Source: Deltaproteobacteria bacterium (GTDB lineage Bacteria > Desulfobacterota > GWC2-55-46). From it: DNA of 64,000 nucleotides. The stretch is from NCBI GenBank assembly GCA_016212705.1, contig JACREU010000070.1, positions 72,390-136,389 on the forward strand, written 5' to 3'. Shown piece after piece: positions 39,057-50,475 of the stretch (within the stretch, counting starts at the first letter, position 1; every line of letters starts with the position of its first letter). Position numbers and translations under genes: made by a program. The notes under the pieces are model-generated. The model searched no databases. It was not told where the DNA came from and saw only the letters and a program-made list of their open reading frames with translations.

Positions 39057-39860
39057 TTACAGGCCTTCAATGTTGGCAAGCTCCGCGCGTTCAAGCCCCT
39101 CTCCGTAGAACCTCCTGCCGACTGCGAGGAACCGCTCTGGAGAGTCGGTCACGAAGAAGCTGTGCGTGGTATTCGCTCCGCTATTCAAGAGCGCCTTTTC
39201 CGAGAGTATGCGTTTAACCTCAACGGCGGTCGCCTCTGCCGAGTCTATCAGGCGGACGGACGCGCCCATGACCCTTGAGATGATATCCTTAAGGAGCGGG
39301 TAATGCGTGCAACCGAGGACGAGCGTGTCGACGCCGGAGTTTTTCAAGTCCAGCAGATACCTCTCGGCGACAAGCATGGTTACATCGTCTTCGTTCCAGC
39401 CCTCCTCGACGAGCGGCACGAAGAGAGGGCATGCCTTTACGAACGTCTCGACGGACGGGTCTATCATTTTTATAGCGGAGGCGTAAGCCCCGCTCCTGAT
39501 AGTGCCTTCGGTCCCGATGACCCCTATGCGCTTATTCCTCGTGGCCGAAACGGCCGCCTTTGCGCCGGGCTCGATGACGCCGAGGACCGGGATGCCGAGT
39601 TTCAGCGTGAGCTTCGGCACCGCAAGCGCCGAAGCCGTGTTGCACGCCGCCACGAGGAACTTTATGTCGTGCCTCATAAGGAACGAGGCGACCTCGAACG
39701 AGTACCGCTCAATCGTCTCCTTCGACTTCGACCCGTAGGGGACGCGCGCCGTGTCGCCGAGATAAATGGTGTTCTCGTCTGGCAGGAGCCTCGTTATCTC
39801 CCGGAGGACCGTCAGGCCCCCGATGCCGGAATCGAATACCCCTATGGGGTTTTTAGTCAT
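39057..39860 (-). CDS. murI: Glutamate racemase
   Basis: FDSGIGGL, PYG, ACNTAS, LGCTHYP. Confidence 0.95.
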   Translation of the reverse strand: MTKNPIGVFDSGIGGLTVLREITRLLPDENTIYLGDTARVPYGSKSKETIERYSFEVASFLMRHDIKFLVAACNTASALAVPKLTLKLGIPVLGVIEPGAKAAVSATRNKRIGVIGTEGTIRSGAYASAIKMIDPSVETFVKACPLFVPLVEEGWNEDDVTMLVAERYLLDLKNSGVDTLVLGCTHYPLLKDIISRVMGASVRLIDSAEATAVEVKRILSEKALLNSGANTTHSFFVTDSPERFLAVGRRFYGEGLERAELANIEGL

Positions 39861-40000
39861 CTTAGAAGGACCCGAGTGGACTTTTGCAATACTTGAGTGT
39901 ATGTAATTACCGGGTGCGATGTCAACCTTTTCGCAGGAGACGGAAAAACCCGTTTATTATATAATTAACGCATGAAAACTGCAAAGGAAAGGGAGAGGCC

Positions 40001-41740
40001 GTGGAGAACCCTGAGATAGCGCGCGTGTTCCATGAGATAGCCGACCTCCTTGAGATAAAGGGCGGGGATTTATTCAGGGTCCGCTCATACAGGAACGCCG
40101 CGTTAATTATTGACGGACTCGAAGAGCCGCTCCGCTCGCTCTATGGAAAAAACGGCGTGGAAGGCCTGAAACACATACCCGGCATAGGGGAATCGACCCG
40201 TTCAAAGGTCGTCGAGATGCTCGCAACCGGCTATTGCGCCTACCACGACGAGCTCCTGAGAGAGATACCGGCGGGTATGCTCGATATGATAAAGGTCGCG
40301 TCGCTCGGCCCGAGGAAAGCGGCCATACTCCACAAGGTACTCGGCGTCTCCTCCATTGACGGGCTTGAGAGGGCGGCCAGAGAGGGGAGGATACGGGACC
40401 TCCCGGGATTCGGAGAAGTGAGTGAGAGAAAGATATTGAAGGGGATAGAGGCATTGAGATTGATATCGGGCAAGTGGAAGATATCTACCGCCCTTCGCTG
40501 CGGGGAGGCCTTCAGGGACTACCTGAAGGCCGTACCCGGAATATTCGAAATAGTCTTGTCAGGGAGCCTCCGCAGGTGGAAGGAGGAGGTCGGGGACCTC
40601 GATATCCTCGCCACCTGCAAGGACCCGGAGGCAGTGATGGATAGGTTTCTAACGCACCCGGAGATAAAGGACGTGCTCGCAAAAGGCAAGACGAAGTCCA
40701 CGGTGGCGCTTAAGTCAGGACTTCAGGTCGATCTCCGCGCGCTGGATAAAAAGTCTTTCGGCGCGGCGCTACAGTATTTTACCGGGTCCAAGGCGCATAA
40801 CGTCGCCATACGAGACAGGGCAAAAAGGATGGGGCTTAAGGTGAGCGAGTACGGGGTATTTAATTCCGCGACCGGCAAGCGGGTGGCCGGGAGTAAGGAA
40901 GAGGACGTCTACAAGGCCGTGGGGCTCCCGTGGATCCCGCCGGAACTCCGTGAGATGAAGGGCGAGATAGAGGCCGCCCTTGAGGGGAGGCTCCCTGAGC
41001 CGCTCCTACCGGAGGAGATCAGGGGCGACCTCCATGTACACACGGATGAGAGCGACGGTGGCTCCACGCTCGACGCCATGGCAGAGGCGGCTATTAGTAT
41101 GGGCTACGAGTACATCGCCGTCACCGACCACTCTAAGGCGGTGGGCATAGCCCACGGGCTCGACGAGGCGCGGATACTCGCGCAGATGGCGTATGTGGAC
41201 GAATTCAACAAACACCTGAAGAAAAAGGGGGAGAGGTTCAGGGTCCTGAAGGGGAGCGAGGTAGACATAAGGGGAGACGGGACGCTCGACCATTCGGAAA
41301 AGGTGCTTGGCGCCCTCGACTGCGTCGTAGCGGCGGTCCATTCAGGCTTCGGAATGAAGAAGGGGGAGATGACCGCGAGGATTATAAAGGCCGTTCAAAC
41401 CGGCCTCGTGAACATCCTCGCCCACCCGACCGGGAGGCTCTTGGGCGAGAGGGGACCTTACGAAGTAGATATGGAAGCTGTCATGGATGAGGCGAAGAAA
41501 CACAACGTCGCCCTTGAACTGAACTCCTGCCCGGAGAGGCTCGACCTTAACGACATACACCTGAGGCTCGCAAAGGACAAGGGCGTCAAGATAGCCATTT
41601 CCACCGACGCGCATTCGATAAACCATCTTCAGAATATCGTCTACGGCATACACGCGGCCAGAAGGGGGTGGATAGAGAAGAAGGACGTGATAAACACGTT
41701 GCCGTTGAAGGGGCTGATGAGGTTCCTCAAGAAGGGGTAG
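40001..41740 (+). CDS. polX: DNA polymerase X with C-terminal PHP domain
   Basis: HhH motifs, GSLRR, GDLD, YFTGS, DLHVHT, TDHS, LAHP, TDAH. Confidence 0.93.
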   Translation: MENPEIARVFHEIADLLEIKGGDLFRVRSYRNAALIIDGLEEPLRSLYGKNGVEGLKHIPGIGESTRSKVVEMLATGYCAYHDELLREIPAGMLDMIKVASLGPRKAAILHKVLGVSSIDGLERAAREGRIRDLPGFGEVSERKILKGIEALRLISGKWKISTALRCGEAFRDYLKAVPGIFEIVLSGSLRRWKEEVGDLDILATCKDPEAVMDRFLTHPEIKDVLAKGKTKSTVALKSGLQVDLRALDKKSFGAALQYFTGSKAHNVAIRDRAKRMGLKVSEYGVFNSATGKRVAGSKEEDVYKAVGLPWIPPELREMKGEIEAALEGRLPEPLLPEEIRGDLHVHTDESDGGSTLDAMAEAAISMGYEYIAVTDHSKAVGIAHGLDEARILAQMAYVDEFNKHLKKKGERFRVLKGSEVDIRGDGTLDHSEKVLGALDCVVAAVHSGFGMKKGEMTARIIKAVQTGLVNILAHPTGRLLGERGPYEVDMEAVMDEAKKHNVALELNSCPERLDLNDIHLRLAKDKGVKIAISTDAHSINHLQNIVYGIHAARRGWIEKKDVINTLPLKGLMRFLKKG

Positions 41741-41756
41741 GGAGGTATTCGCGGAA

Positions 41757-41785
41757 GCCGGTTGTGTTAGCGAAGCGTGCCCCGA
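41757..41785 (+). repeat. Degenerate REP-like palindrome, copy 1
   Basis: GCCGGTTGTGTTAGCGAAGCGTGCCCGAC resembles 42488-42516. Confidence 0.55.
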
Positions 41786-41832
41786 CAAAATATTTTTTGG
41801 CAAAAGCCCTTTTGCGCGCACTGCGCGCTTTT

Positions 41833-41954
41833 GGGCATAGGATTCGCTTGCTTTCTACCTCCCCCACCCGCTCGCTCGCGCTACGCGCTTCGTGACAATC
41901 CACCCAGGCTCGCCCGTCTCTGCCTCCCTTAGGCTTCGCTCACCTATGCCCTGG
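41833..41954. repeat. Structured intergenic element, copy A
   Basis: Closing helix GGGCATAGG/CCTATGCCC; sequence blocks shared with 51193-51380. Confidence 0.55.
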
Positions 41955-41968
41955 GTTTTTGAAAAAAA

Positions 41969-42451
41969 CTACCCAGAACCCAACTTACGGGGCTGAAGAA
42001 CCGAGACGTGCAGATATCTCTCCACATCTTTGAAACGACCACCCTGTCTGTTTAAAGGCGGTTCCGCTACGGCAATAACCACACCCTCCATTATGTTTAG
42101 AATATTAGATAAGTTGTTCTGTTTATTTCTGGGTGGATCTGTTAAGGTATTGTTTTTCTTTACGATGCTAAAACCAAACCAGGAAAAAGAATCCCATCTA
42201 CCAGCCAAATCATCTTGTGTGTGTTGTCGGAGTCTGCTACCTAATCTATTTCCTTTTCCTCCAGTCTGTCCAATATAAACCAATCGATAGTCTGCATATA
42301 AAGCGTAAATACCCACCTGTTCCCAAAAATCAACATCTCCACTCTTTTTTGCTGTGCTTAATTTTCCCGATAAGCTACCTTTCTTGCCCTTCCCTTTAGC
42401 GCCGAAATTAACATCTTCGCGCTTCCAAAAAAGCCCCATGTTTTTGATCAT
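41969..42451 (-). CDS. GIY-YIG nuclease family protein (AT-rich)
   Basis: GIYALY...VYIGQT, RLRQH, conserved E and PPLN; GAGGAGG RBS. Confidence 0.85.
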   Translation of the reverse strand: MIKNMGLFWKREDVNFGAKGKGKKGSLSGKLSTAKKSGDVDFWEQVGIYALYADYRLVYIGQTGGKGNRLGSRLRQHTQDDLAGRWDSFSWFGFSIVKKNNTLTDPPRNKQNNLSNILNIMEGVVIAVAEPPLNRQGGRFKDVERYLHVSVLQPRKLGSG

Positions 42452-42487
42452 TAACCCTCCTCAAGCTACACTTTGTCTGTTCAGAAG

Positions 42488-42516
42488 GCAGGTTGGGTTA
42501 GCAAAGCGTAACCCAA
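42488..42516 (+). repeat. REP-like palindrome, copy 2
   Basis: GCAG foot followed by TTGGGTTA-GCAAAGCG-TAACCCAA hairpin. Confidence 0.65.
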
Positions 42517-42655
42517 TATCAAAGAGCGCAAACGGCTCTGTCTGAATTTTCAAAGGTGCGCTGAATGAATTCTGAAAAATATATGTCTTTATTGGTGGTA
42601 CTGACAAGCCTGCTCGTCTGCGGCCCCGCGTTCCAAAGCGCTATCGCTCAATCCT

Positions 42656-43993
42656 CTACACCGCAGTTATGGTATTCGTCTTTCTGGGGCTCTCCAGCGA
42701 CTCGACCTTGACCTTGATTATGCGGTTAAGCTCCACGTCCACTATCGTGAACCTCTGGCCCTGGTAGATGACGAATTCGCCGCCCCTCGGTATCCTCTGG
42801 AGTTTCGCGAGCATGAACCCCGCGAGCGTGTGGTACTCCTCCTCGGTCTCCTCGTCTATTACGACGCCGAGGTCCTCAAGGTCCCTGATGGAGGCCGAGG
42901 CGTCTATGACCATCGTGCCGTCGCGTAGTTTCTCCACGAGCCCGCCCTTGTCGGTATCGTACTCGTCCTCTATCTCTCCGACTATCTCTTCCAGGATGTC
43001 CTCGATAGTCACGAGCCCGTCGACGTCGCCGTGCTCGTCAACGACGACGGCCATGTGGACCTTCCGCCTCTGCATCTCGCGGAGCAACCTGCTTATCATG
43101 ATCGAGTTCGGGACAAAGTACGGGGTGCGGAGCAGGTCCTTAAGGACTATCGGCCTGCCCTGCTCCATGGCCCTGAAGAGGTCTTTGTTATAGAGGATGC
43201 CTACTACACGCTCAAGCGTCTCCCTGTATACAGGGTACCTCGAAAACCCCGTCTCCGAGATGTACTTCAACGACTGCTCAGGTGGCATGTTCACTTCAAT
43301 TGCGCTAAACTTGTGCTTCGGGACCATGACCTCCTTTACGGTCGTGTCCGCGAACTCGAATACGCCGTGGAGGAGGTCGGCCTCGGTCTCCTCGAAAATG
43401 CCCGTCTCCCTGCCTTCCTGTATGAAGAACTTTATCTCCTCTTCAGAGATAAATACCCGCTTGTCCGGCTCCTTCACGTTAAGGAGCTTCAGCACCCCCT
43501 TGTTGGAGGCGGTAAGTATCCTTATGAAGAAGGACGAAAATTGAGAGAGGAGGTTCAAGGGGCGCGCCGAAAAACACGCTATCCTCTCGGCGTAGCGCAG
43601 AGCCAAAGACTTCGGCACGAGCTCGCCGATTACGAGGGTTGCGTACGATATCACTACGACAACGACGCCGAGTGATACGAACTCCGAGAACTCCTGCAGA
43701 GGCCCGAAGGGAATAGCCGCGAAGACGGGCCTTAAGTGCGAGGCCGCGGTGTAGCCGCCTATGACAGAGGCGAGCGTGCCGACTACGGTCACGCCCACCT
43801 GGACTGTCGCGAGGAACCTGTCCGGGTCGTCCTTCATCCGGTTTACGACCCCGGCGGAGATGTTGCCGTCCTTTGCGAGTTTTTCAAGCGCCGACCTCTT
43901 GGCGGAGATTATCGCAATCTCCGCGCCTGAGAAAAAGCCGTTCAGGAGTATTAAAACAACAACGATTATAACCTCGAATATAAGGCCTTCCAA
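42656..43993 (-). CDS. Hemolysin/CNNM family protein (DUF21-CBS-CBS-CorC)
   Basis: NGFFSGAEIA, GELVPK, FSRYPV, VDEHG..GLVTIEDILEEIVGEI.DE. Confidence 0.92.
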   Translation of the reverse strand: MEGLIFEVIIVVVLILLNGFFSGAEIAIISAKRSALEKLAKDGNISAGVVNRMKDDPDRFLATVQVGVTVVGTLASVIGGYTAASHLRPVFAAIPFGPLQEFSEFVSLGVVVVVISYATLVIGELVPKSLALRYAERIACFSARPLNLLSQFSSFFIRILTASNKGVLKLLNVKEPDKRVFISEEEIKFFIQEGRETGIFEETEADLLHGVFEFADTTVKEVMVPKHKFSAIEVNMPPEQSLKYISETGFSRYPVYRETLERVVGILYNKDLFRAMEQGRPIVLKDLLRTPYFVPNSIMISRLLREMQRRKVHMAVVVDEHGDVDGLVTIEDILEEIVGEIEDEYDTDKGGLVEKLRDGTMVIDASASIRDLEDLGVVIDEETEEEYHTLAGFMLAKLQRIPRGGEFVIYQGQRFTIVDVELNRIIKVKVESLESPRKTNTITAV

Positions 43994-44167
43994 AGATACC
44001 AGTCCTCCAGGGCGCGGGCTAAATACCCGTGCGCACCTTAAAATTTATAATGTGATTTAAAATTGAAAGTTTATTGGAAAAGGCCTGGGTATAAGGTATG
44101 GGATTATCTCGTCGCATCGATAAAATAGTATATCACAAAAGGAATCTTTTAATCAACAGGTGAAGAG

Positions 44168-44200
44168 AGCAGGTTGCCCTCCGAAGGAGGGCAACCTGCT
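44168..44200 (-). terminator. Hairpin terminator after eno
   Basis: 15-bp perfect stem AGCAGGTTGCCCTCC/GGAGGGCAACCTGCT. Confidence 0.7.
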
Positions 44201-44215
44201 GATTTAATTCATTTT

Positions 44216-45505
<1,290 letters not shown>

Positions 45506-45714
45506 TCAAGCATCAGTGGAATTTAGCGGATATAAGGTCTGGAAAGGATAAAGAGCATTAATTATACTTTTGGAGATGAAAAATGCAAGGCAAAACACTC
45601 GGCAATACCGCCAAGGAATCCCTTGCGGAAACCAGGCACAAGGGATATCATTGATTTGCCGCATGTTTTTCCTTATAAGAGTGCGGGATTCCGCCGAAAT
45701 ACATATTGGGGGCC

Positions 45715-47331
45715 ATGTCCACCTTATCCATATTAAGTCTCTTCGGCGGAGTTATGCTCATCCTCTACGGGATGAGGCTTGCGGGCGAGGGCCTTCAGCG
45801 GGCCGCGGGGGCGCGCCTCCGCAGTTTTCTCATTACAGCCACCTCCAACCGCTTCAAAAGTCTCGGCGCCGGCGCGGCTATAACCGCGCTCTTGCAGTCA
45901 TCGAGCGCTACAACCGTCATGCTCGTCGGCTTCGTCGGCTCAGGCCTCTTAGGCCTCGGGGAGACGATGGGCGTCATCCTCGGCGCCGACATCGGGACGA
46001 CCCTCACGGTCCAGATAATCGCCTTCAGGGTCTACGACTACGCGATAGCCGTAATCGGCGCAGGCATACTCATCAGATACATCGGCAGGCGCGGCCCGGC
46101 AAAGGACCTGGGGCAGGCGATACTCGGCTTCGGGTTCGTGTTTTTCGCGCTAAAGACCCTCACGGAGACGTTTGAGCCTATAGCCAGAAACCCGCTCTGG
46201 ACCGAGATACTCTTAAGCTTAAGCCGGGACCCATTCGCCGGGATAATAGTGACCGCGCTATTGACGGCACTCCTCCATTCGAGCGCGGCTACGCTCGGCC
46301 TTGCCATCACGTTCGCGCACGCTGGGTTATTGACGCTGGATTCCGCCATGCCGATAGTATTGGGTGCGAACATCGGCACGAGTGTGAGCGCCATAGTCTC
46401 GTCATTTGGGGCCAACATCGACGCCAGAAGGGTCGCAATAGCCCATGTCCTCTTCAAGGTGCTGGGCGTTGTCATAGTAATACCCGTTCTCGGCGTGTTT
46501 ACGCACCTCGTCGGCCTTTCCACGCCGGACCTCGCCAGGCAGATAGCTAACGCGCACACCTTCTTTAATATCGCCATCGCGCTTTTATTCCTCCCCTTTA
46601 CCGGGCCTTTTACCAACTTCGTAAAGATACTCCTTCCAGAGAGGGAGGAAAAGAAACGGTTCGGGCCCAAGTATCTCGACCCGATGGTCCTCGCTTCACC
46701 CACGCTCGCGCTCGTACAGGCGTCGAGGGAGACCCTGAGGGCCTCAGACATAGTCGGCGAGATGCTCAAAAAGTCGATTGAGGTGTTCGAGAGGAACGAC
46801 CTCGACCTACTTGAGTCGATTGAGGAGAGGGACGACGACGTCGACCTCCTCGACCGGGAGGTGAAGCTCTATCTCACAAAGCTCTCCAAAGAGAGCCTCT
46901 CGGATGAGCAGGCGAGGAGAGAGCTCGAGATAATGCTCTTCTCCGACAACATCGAGAACATAGGCGACGTAATAGACAAGAACATCATGGACCTCGCCCG
47001 TAAAAAGATAAAGGGGGGTCTCTCTTTCTCGAAGGAGGGGATGGACGAGATACGCCTCCTCCACCAGAAGGTCATGGAGAACTTCGAGACCGGGGTAGCG
47101 GCGTTCGCCGGGGGCGACGGGGAGCTTGCAAGGAAGCTTTTGAGCCACAAGGCGAAGATATCCGAGCTCGAAAGGGAGCTCCGGCAGGCCCACATAAACA
47201 GGCTCCACAAGGGGCTCAAGGAATCCATCGACACGAGCGCCATACACTTGGACGTCCTCACTAACCTCAAGAGGATAAACTCCTACATCTCCAACGCGGC
47301 ATATCCCATCCTTGAAAAGGAGAAGGAATAG
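45715..47331 (+). CDS. Na/Pi cotransporter with PhoU-like C-terminal domain
   Basis: QSSSAT/HSSAAT and GADIGTT/GANIGTS internal repeats; helical C-terminus with ENIGD. Confidence 0.88.
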   Translation: MSTLSILSLFGGVMLILYGMRLAGEGLQRAAGARLRSFLITATSNRFKSLGAGAAITALLQSSSATTVMLVGFVGSGLLGLGETMGVILGADIGTTLTVQIIAFRVYDYAIAVIGAGILIRYIGRRGPAKDLGQAILGFGFVFFALKTLTETFEPIARNPLWTEILLSLSRDPFAGIIVTALLTALLHSSAATLGLAITFAHAGLLTLDSAMPIVLGANIGTSVSAIVSSFGANIDARRVAIAHVLFKVLGVVIVIPVLGVFTHLVGLSTPDLARQIANAHTFFNIAIALLFLPFTGPFTNFVKILLPEREEKKRFGPKYLDPMVLASPTLALVQASRETLRASDIVGEMLKKSIEVFERNDLDLLESIEERDDDVDLLDREVKLYLTKLSKESLSDEQARRELEIMLFSDNIENIGDVIDKNIMDLARKKIKGGLSFSKEGMDEIRLLHQKVMENFETGVAAFAGGDGELARKLLSHKAKISELERELRQAHINRLHKGLKESIDTSAIHLDVLTNLKRINSYISNAAYPILEKEKE

Positions 47332-47421
47332 GCGTCAAGTTGCAAATCCGGCGGATGAGGATATAATCCTTTAATGGATGCTTCGTCCGATTGGCTTTTT
47401 TTTTCGCGCCGGGTCAGGTAA

Positions 47422-48045
47422 ATGCTCCTCGGTCTTTTTTTTTTGATAGCTTCGGTGACTACCGGGGACGAGGCTCTTATTAAGGCCTCCGAGGCGTTTG
47501 CCCGGCTTGATACCTATACCGTTACCATCAAGTCCGAGGGCACGGCGAGGGAGGAGATAAGGTACTTCTTCAGGAAGCCCGGCTGGATAAGGATGGAGTT
47601 TGAGGAGCCACACAGGGGGGCGGTCCTTGTATATAACCCGGATTTGAAGCGCGTGAAGCTCCGCCCGTTCGCATTTTTCAAATACCTCGTAATGGACCTC
47701 TCCCCTGAAGACAGGCTTATAAGGAGCTCGAAGGGGCACACGGTGGATAAGTCTCACATCGGGGCCCTCCTTGAAAATGTCGAGTCATTAAAGGACGCAG
47801 GCGAGGCGAGGCTCATGGGGCAAGAGTCTCTCAACGGCAGGGACACGGTCGTTCTGGAAGTAACCGGCAAAGAGGGAAAAGAGGTTAACGGCGTCCACAG
47901 ATACGTCATCTGGCTCGATAACAGGCTTTTCCTTCCGATAAAGATCTCGTCCTACGCCCTTGGCGGAGTAAAAACAGAAGACGTCGACATGACGGACATC
48001 GAGGCCGGCTCATATCTGCCGATGGACCTTTTTGACTTCAAGTAA
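47422..48045 (+). CDS. LolA-like exported protein
   Basis: Short hydrophobic N-terminus, FRKPG.IRMEF, WLD...LP.KI. Confidence 0.6.
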   Translation: MLLGLFFLIASVTTGDEALIKASEAFARLDTYTVTIKSEGTAREEIRYFFRKPGWIRMEFEEPHRGAVLVYNPDLKRVKLRPFAFFKYLVMDLSPEDRLIRSSKGHTVDKSHIGALLENVESLKDAGEARLMGQESLNGRDTVVLEVTGKEGKEVNGVHRYVIWLDNRLFLPIKISSYALGGVKTEDVDMTDIEAGSYLPMDLFDFK

Positions 48046-48212
48046 CGCGACTCTGATAAACCCGTTAGGACTTGAGGAGGTCATGGGATGCGTCGGTTTT
48101 AATACAGAGACCCTTCCGGGAGAGGCCTTGTTGAATCGAGCAGTCCCCGCCTTTCATCGCGCGCCCCGTTCCAGGGGGGCGTTATTCACACGGCAGACAC
48201 GAAAGAGGTTTT

Positions 48213-49598
48213 ATGAAGAGATACGATTGCCTTGTCATAGGCTCTGGCCCAGGCGGCCAGAAGGCGGCGATACAGGCGGCCAAGCTCGGTAAGAAGGTCG
48301 CGATAATCGAGCGGTCCCCCTACATCGGCGGCGCGGGCCTCCACACCGGGACGCTGCCGTCGAAGACGCTCAGAGAGACCGCGCTCTTCTTAACCGGCTT
48401 TAAGCAGAGGGCGGTCTTCGGCTTTCAGTTCACGCTCGGACGGGAAGTGACGCTCACCGAGCTCATGTACAAGAAGACCGAGGTCATAAGGAAGCAGATG
48501 GAGGTCATAATCGACCAGTTCAACAGGAACAACGTGGAGATAATCTACGGGGACGCGTCGTTCGTTGACGGACACACGCTTCTCGTCAAGGGTAGGACCG
48601 GAGCGGGAGAGGAGATCACAAGCGATTTTATCATAATAGCGACAGGTTCGAGGCCCGCGCGCCCATCTGACATACCCTTTGACTCCGAATATGTCTATGA
48701 CAGCGACACGATTTTGAGGCTCGACGCAATCCCGAGGAGCCTGACAATTGTCGGCGGCGGGATAATCGGGTGCGAGTACGCCTGCATCTTCGCCTCCCTC
48801 GGCGTCTCGGTGAACCTCGTTGAGAGGAAGGAGAGGCTCCTCGTGTTCGCCGACGAGGAGATAGTAAACAGCCTCATATACTGGATGAGGCACTCGGGCG
48901 TGACCTTGAGGCTCAAGGAAGAGGTCGTTAAGATTGCGACAGACGGCGAAAGGGTAGCCACGCACCTTAAAAGCGGAAAGCTCATATTGTCTGAAAAGCT
49001 CCTCTATACGATGGGAAGGGTAGGGAATACCGACAGCCTTAACCTGGACGCCGTAGGCATAAAGGCGGGGGAGAGGGGGCTTCTTAAGGTGGACAACGGG
49101 TTCAGGACCGTTGTCCCGCACATATACGCCATAGGCGACGTTATTGGGTTTCCCTCGCTCGCCTCGACTTCGATGGAGCAGGGCAGGCGCGCCGTATGCC
49201 ACGCCTTCGAGAAGGAAGGGCTTACCTGCGAGATCGCCGGCCACCTGCCCTTCGGCATATACACCATACCGGAGATATCTATGGCAGGCGAGACCGAGGA
49301 CAGCCTCTCTGAAAAGAGGGTCGCCTACGAGACCGGTTGCGCGTACTTTCACGAGGTCGCGCGCGGGCAGATAACGGGGGACGTCCACGGGATGCTTAAA
49401 CTCCTCTTCGACAGGGATACGAGGAGGCTTCTGGGCGTCCACATAATAGGGGAAAAGGCCTCAGAGCTCATCCACATAGGCCAGGCGGTGCTTAACTTCG
49501 GCGGCCCCATAGACTACTTCAAGGACGTCGTCTTTAATTACCCTACGCTATCTGAGGCTTATAAAGAGGCCGCTCTGAACGGCCTTAATAAACTTTGA
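48213..49598 (+). CDS. sthA: Soluble (Si-specific) pyridine nucleotide transhydrogenase
   Basis: GSGPGG, GTLPSK, YDSD, GGGIIG.EYA, GIYTIPE, FNYPTLSEAY. Confidence 0.88.
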   Translation: MKRYDCLVIGSGPGGQKAAIQAAKLGKKVAIIERSPYIGGAGLHTGTLPSKTLRETALFLTGFKQRAVFGFQFTLGREVTLTELMYKKTEVIRKQMEVIIDQFNRNNVEIIYGDASFVDGHTLLVKGRTGAGEEITSDFIIIATGSRPARPSDIPFDSEYVYDSDTILRLDAIPRSLTIVGGGIIGCEYACIFASLGVSVNLVERKERLLVFADEEIVNSLIYWMRHSGVTLRLKEEVVKIATDGERVATHLKSGKLILSEKLLYTMGRVGNTDSLNLDAVGIKAGERGLLKVDNGFRTVVPHIYAIGDVIGFPSLASTSMEQGRRAVCHAFEKEGLTCEIAGHLPFGIYTIPEISMAGETEDSLSEKRVAYETGCAYFHEVARGQITGDVHGMLKLLFDRDTRRLLGVHIIGEKASELIHIGQAVLNFGGPIDYFKDVVFNYPTLSEAYKEAALNGLNKL

Positions 49599-49626
49599 AA
49601 GAATCCATTCGTAAAGGAGGCATGAA

Positions 49627-50235
49627 ATGAAGGTGAATGTAATATTCCACAGCGTCTACGGGCACGTCTGGAAGATGGCCGAGGCGATAGCGGCCGGCGC
49701 TAAGGAGGCCGGGGCGGATGTCTCGGTGCTCCAGGTAAAGGAGACGCTCACCGACGATATCATCGCCAGTATGAGGGCGACCGAGGCGAAGAAGGCCTTC
49801 GCCCACGTGCCTCAGGCGACGCTCGACGACCTGAGCGAGCCTGACGCCGTCATATTCGGCACGCCTACGCGCTTCGGGAATATGTCCGCGCAGATGAGGG
49901 CATTTCTGGATTCTACCGGCGGCCTCTGGATGAAGGGGGCGCTCATCGGCAAGGTCGGCTCCGTATTCGCTTCGACCGCTACCCAGCACGGCGGACAGGA
50001 GTCTACAATATTGAGCTTCCATACGACCCTTCTCCATCACGGCATGATTATAGTCGGCCTCCCGTACTCGGAGCAGAGGCAGATGACGATGAGTGAAATA
50101 AGCGGCGGAAGCCCATATGGGGCGACGACCATAGCCTCGCCAACGGGAGACAGGACGCCGTCGGAAAACGAGCTTGCCATGGCCCGCTTCCAGGGCAAAC
50201 ACGTCGCGGGTATCGCCGGCAGGCTCTTCAGGTAG
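49627..50235 (+). CDS. wrbA: NAD(P)H:quinone oxidoreductase, type IV
   Basis: SVYGHV, GTPTRFG, TQHGGQE, GGSPYGA. Confidence 0.95.
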   Translation: MKVNVIFHSVYGHVWKMAEAIAAGAKEAGADVSVLQVKETLTDDIIASMRATEAKKAFAHVPQATLDDLSEPDAVIFGTPTRFGNMSAQMRAFLDSTGGLWMKGALIGKVGSVFASTATQHGGQESTILSFHTTLLHHGMIIVGLPYSEQRQMTMSEISGGSPYGATTIASPTGDRTPSENELAMARFQGKHVAGIAGRLFR

Positions 50236-50264
50236 AGTTTTGCATACAATATGGTGCTTGACCC

Positions 50265-50292
50265 GGGCAGGGGACAACCCTGCCCTTTTTTT
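50265..50292 (+). terminator. Rho-independent terminator after wrbA
   Basis: GGGCAGGG-gacaa-CCCTGCCC followed by T7. Confidence 0.8.
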
Positions 50293-50475
50293 ATGCGCAT
50301 TCCGGCAGGACGGCGCGAAAGGCGAGACGGGCCGCATGGCGCGCCATGAATGTTTGAATGGATAAATAGATAATAAAAACAATTGATTTGCCGGGCCATT
50401 GACATCGTGGGAATGTAAGGCAATACTTAGGCAAGAGATAAAGACCTCTATTCATACAACCCCTAAGAGGAGCGG

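Noticed and set aside
42453..42466. 14-bp identity (AACCCTCCTCAAGC) with the eno upstream region
   Set aside because: It is centred on the Shine-Dalgarno sequence, so convergence is a sufficient explanation.
41757..42516. Integron attC sites or CRISPR repeats around the GIY-YIG gene
   Set aside because: No full attC box architecture, no integrase or cas genes, and no regularly spaced array; a REP-like reading fits better.
45585..45650. GGCAAAAC upstream of the Na/Pi transporter as a c-di-GMP-I riboswitch
   Set aside because: The GNRA hairpin and second-stem consensus are missing.
48046..48212. Possible RNA element or leader peptide upstream of sthA
   Set aside because: Contains GAGGAGG and short stems, but I found no recognisable riboswitch or 6S consensus and no convincing ORF.
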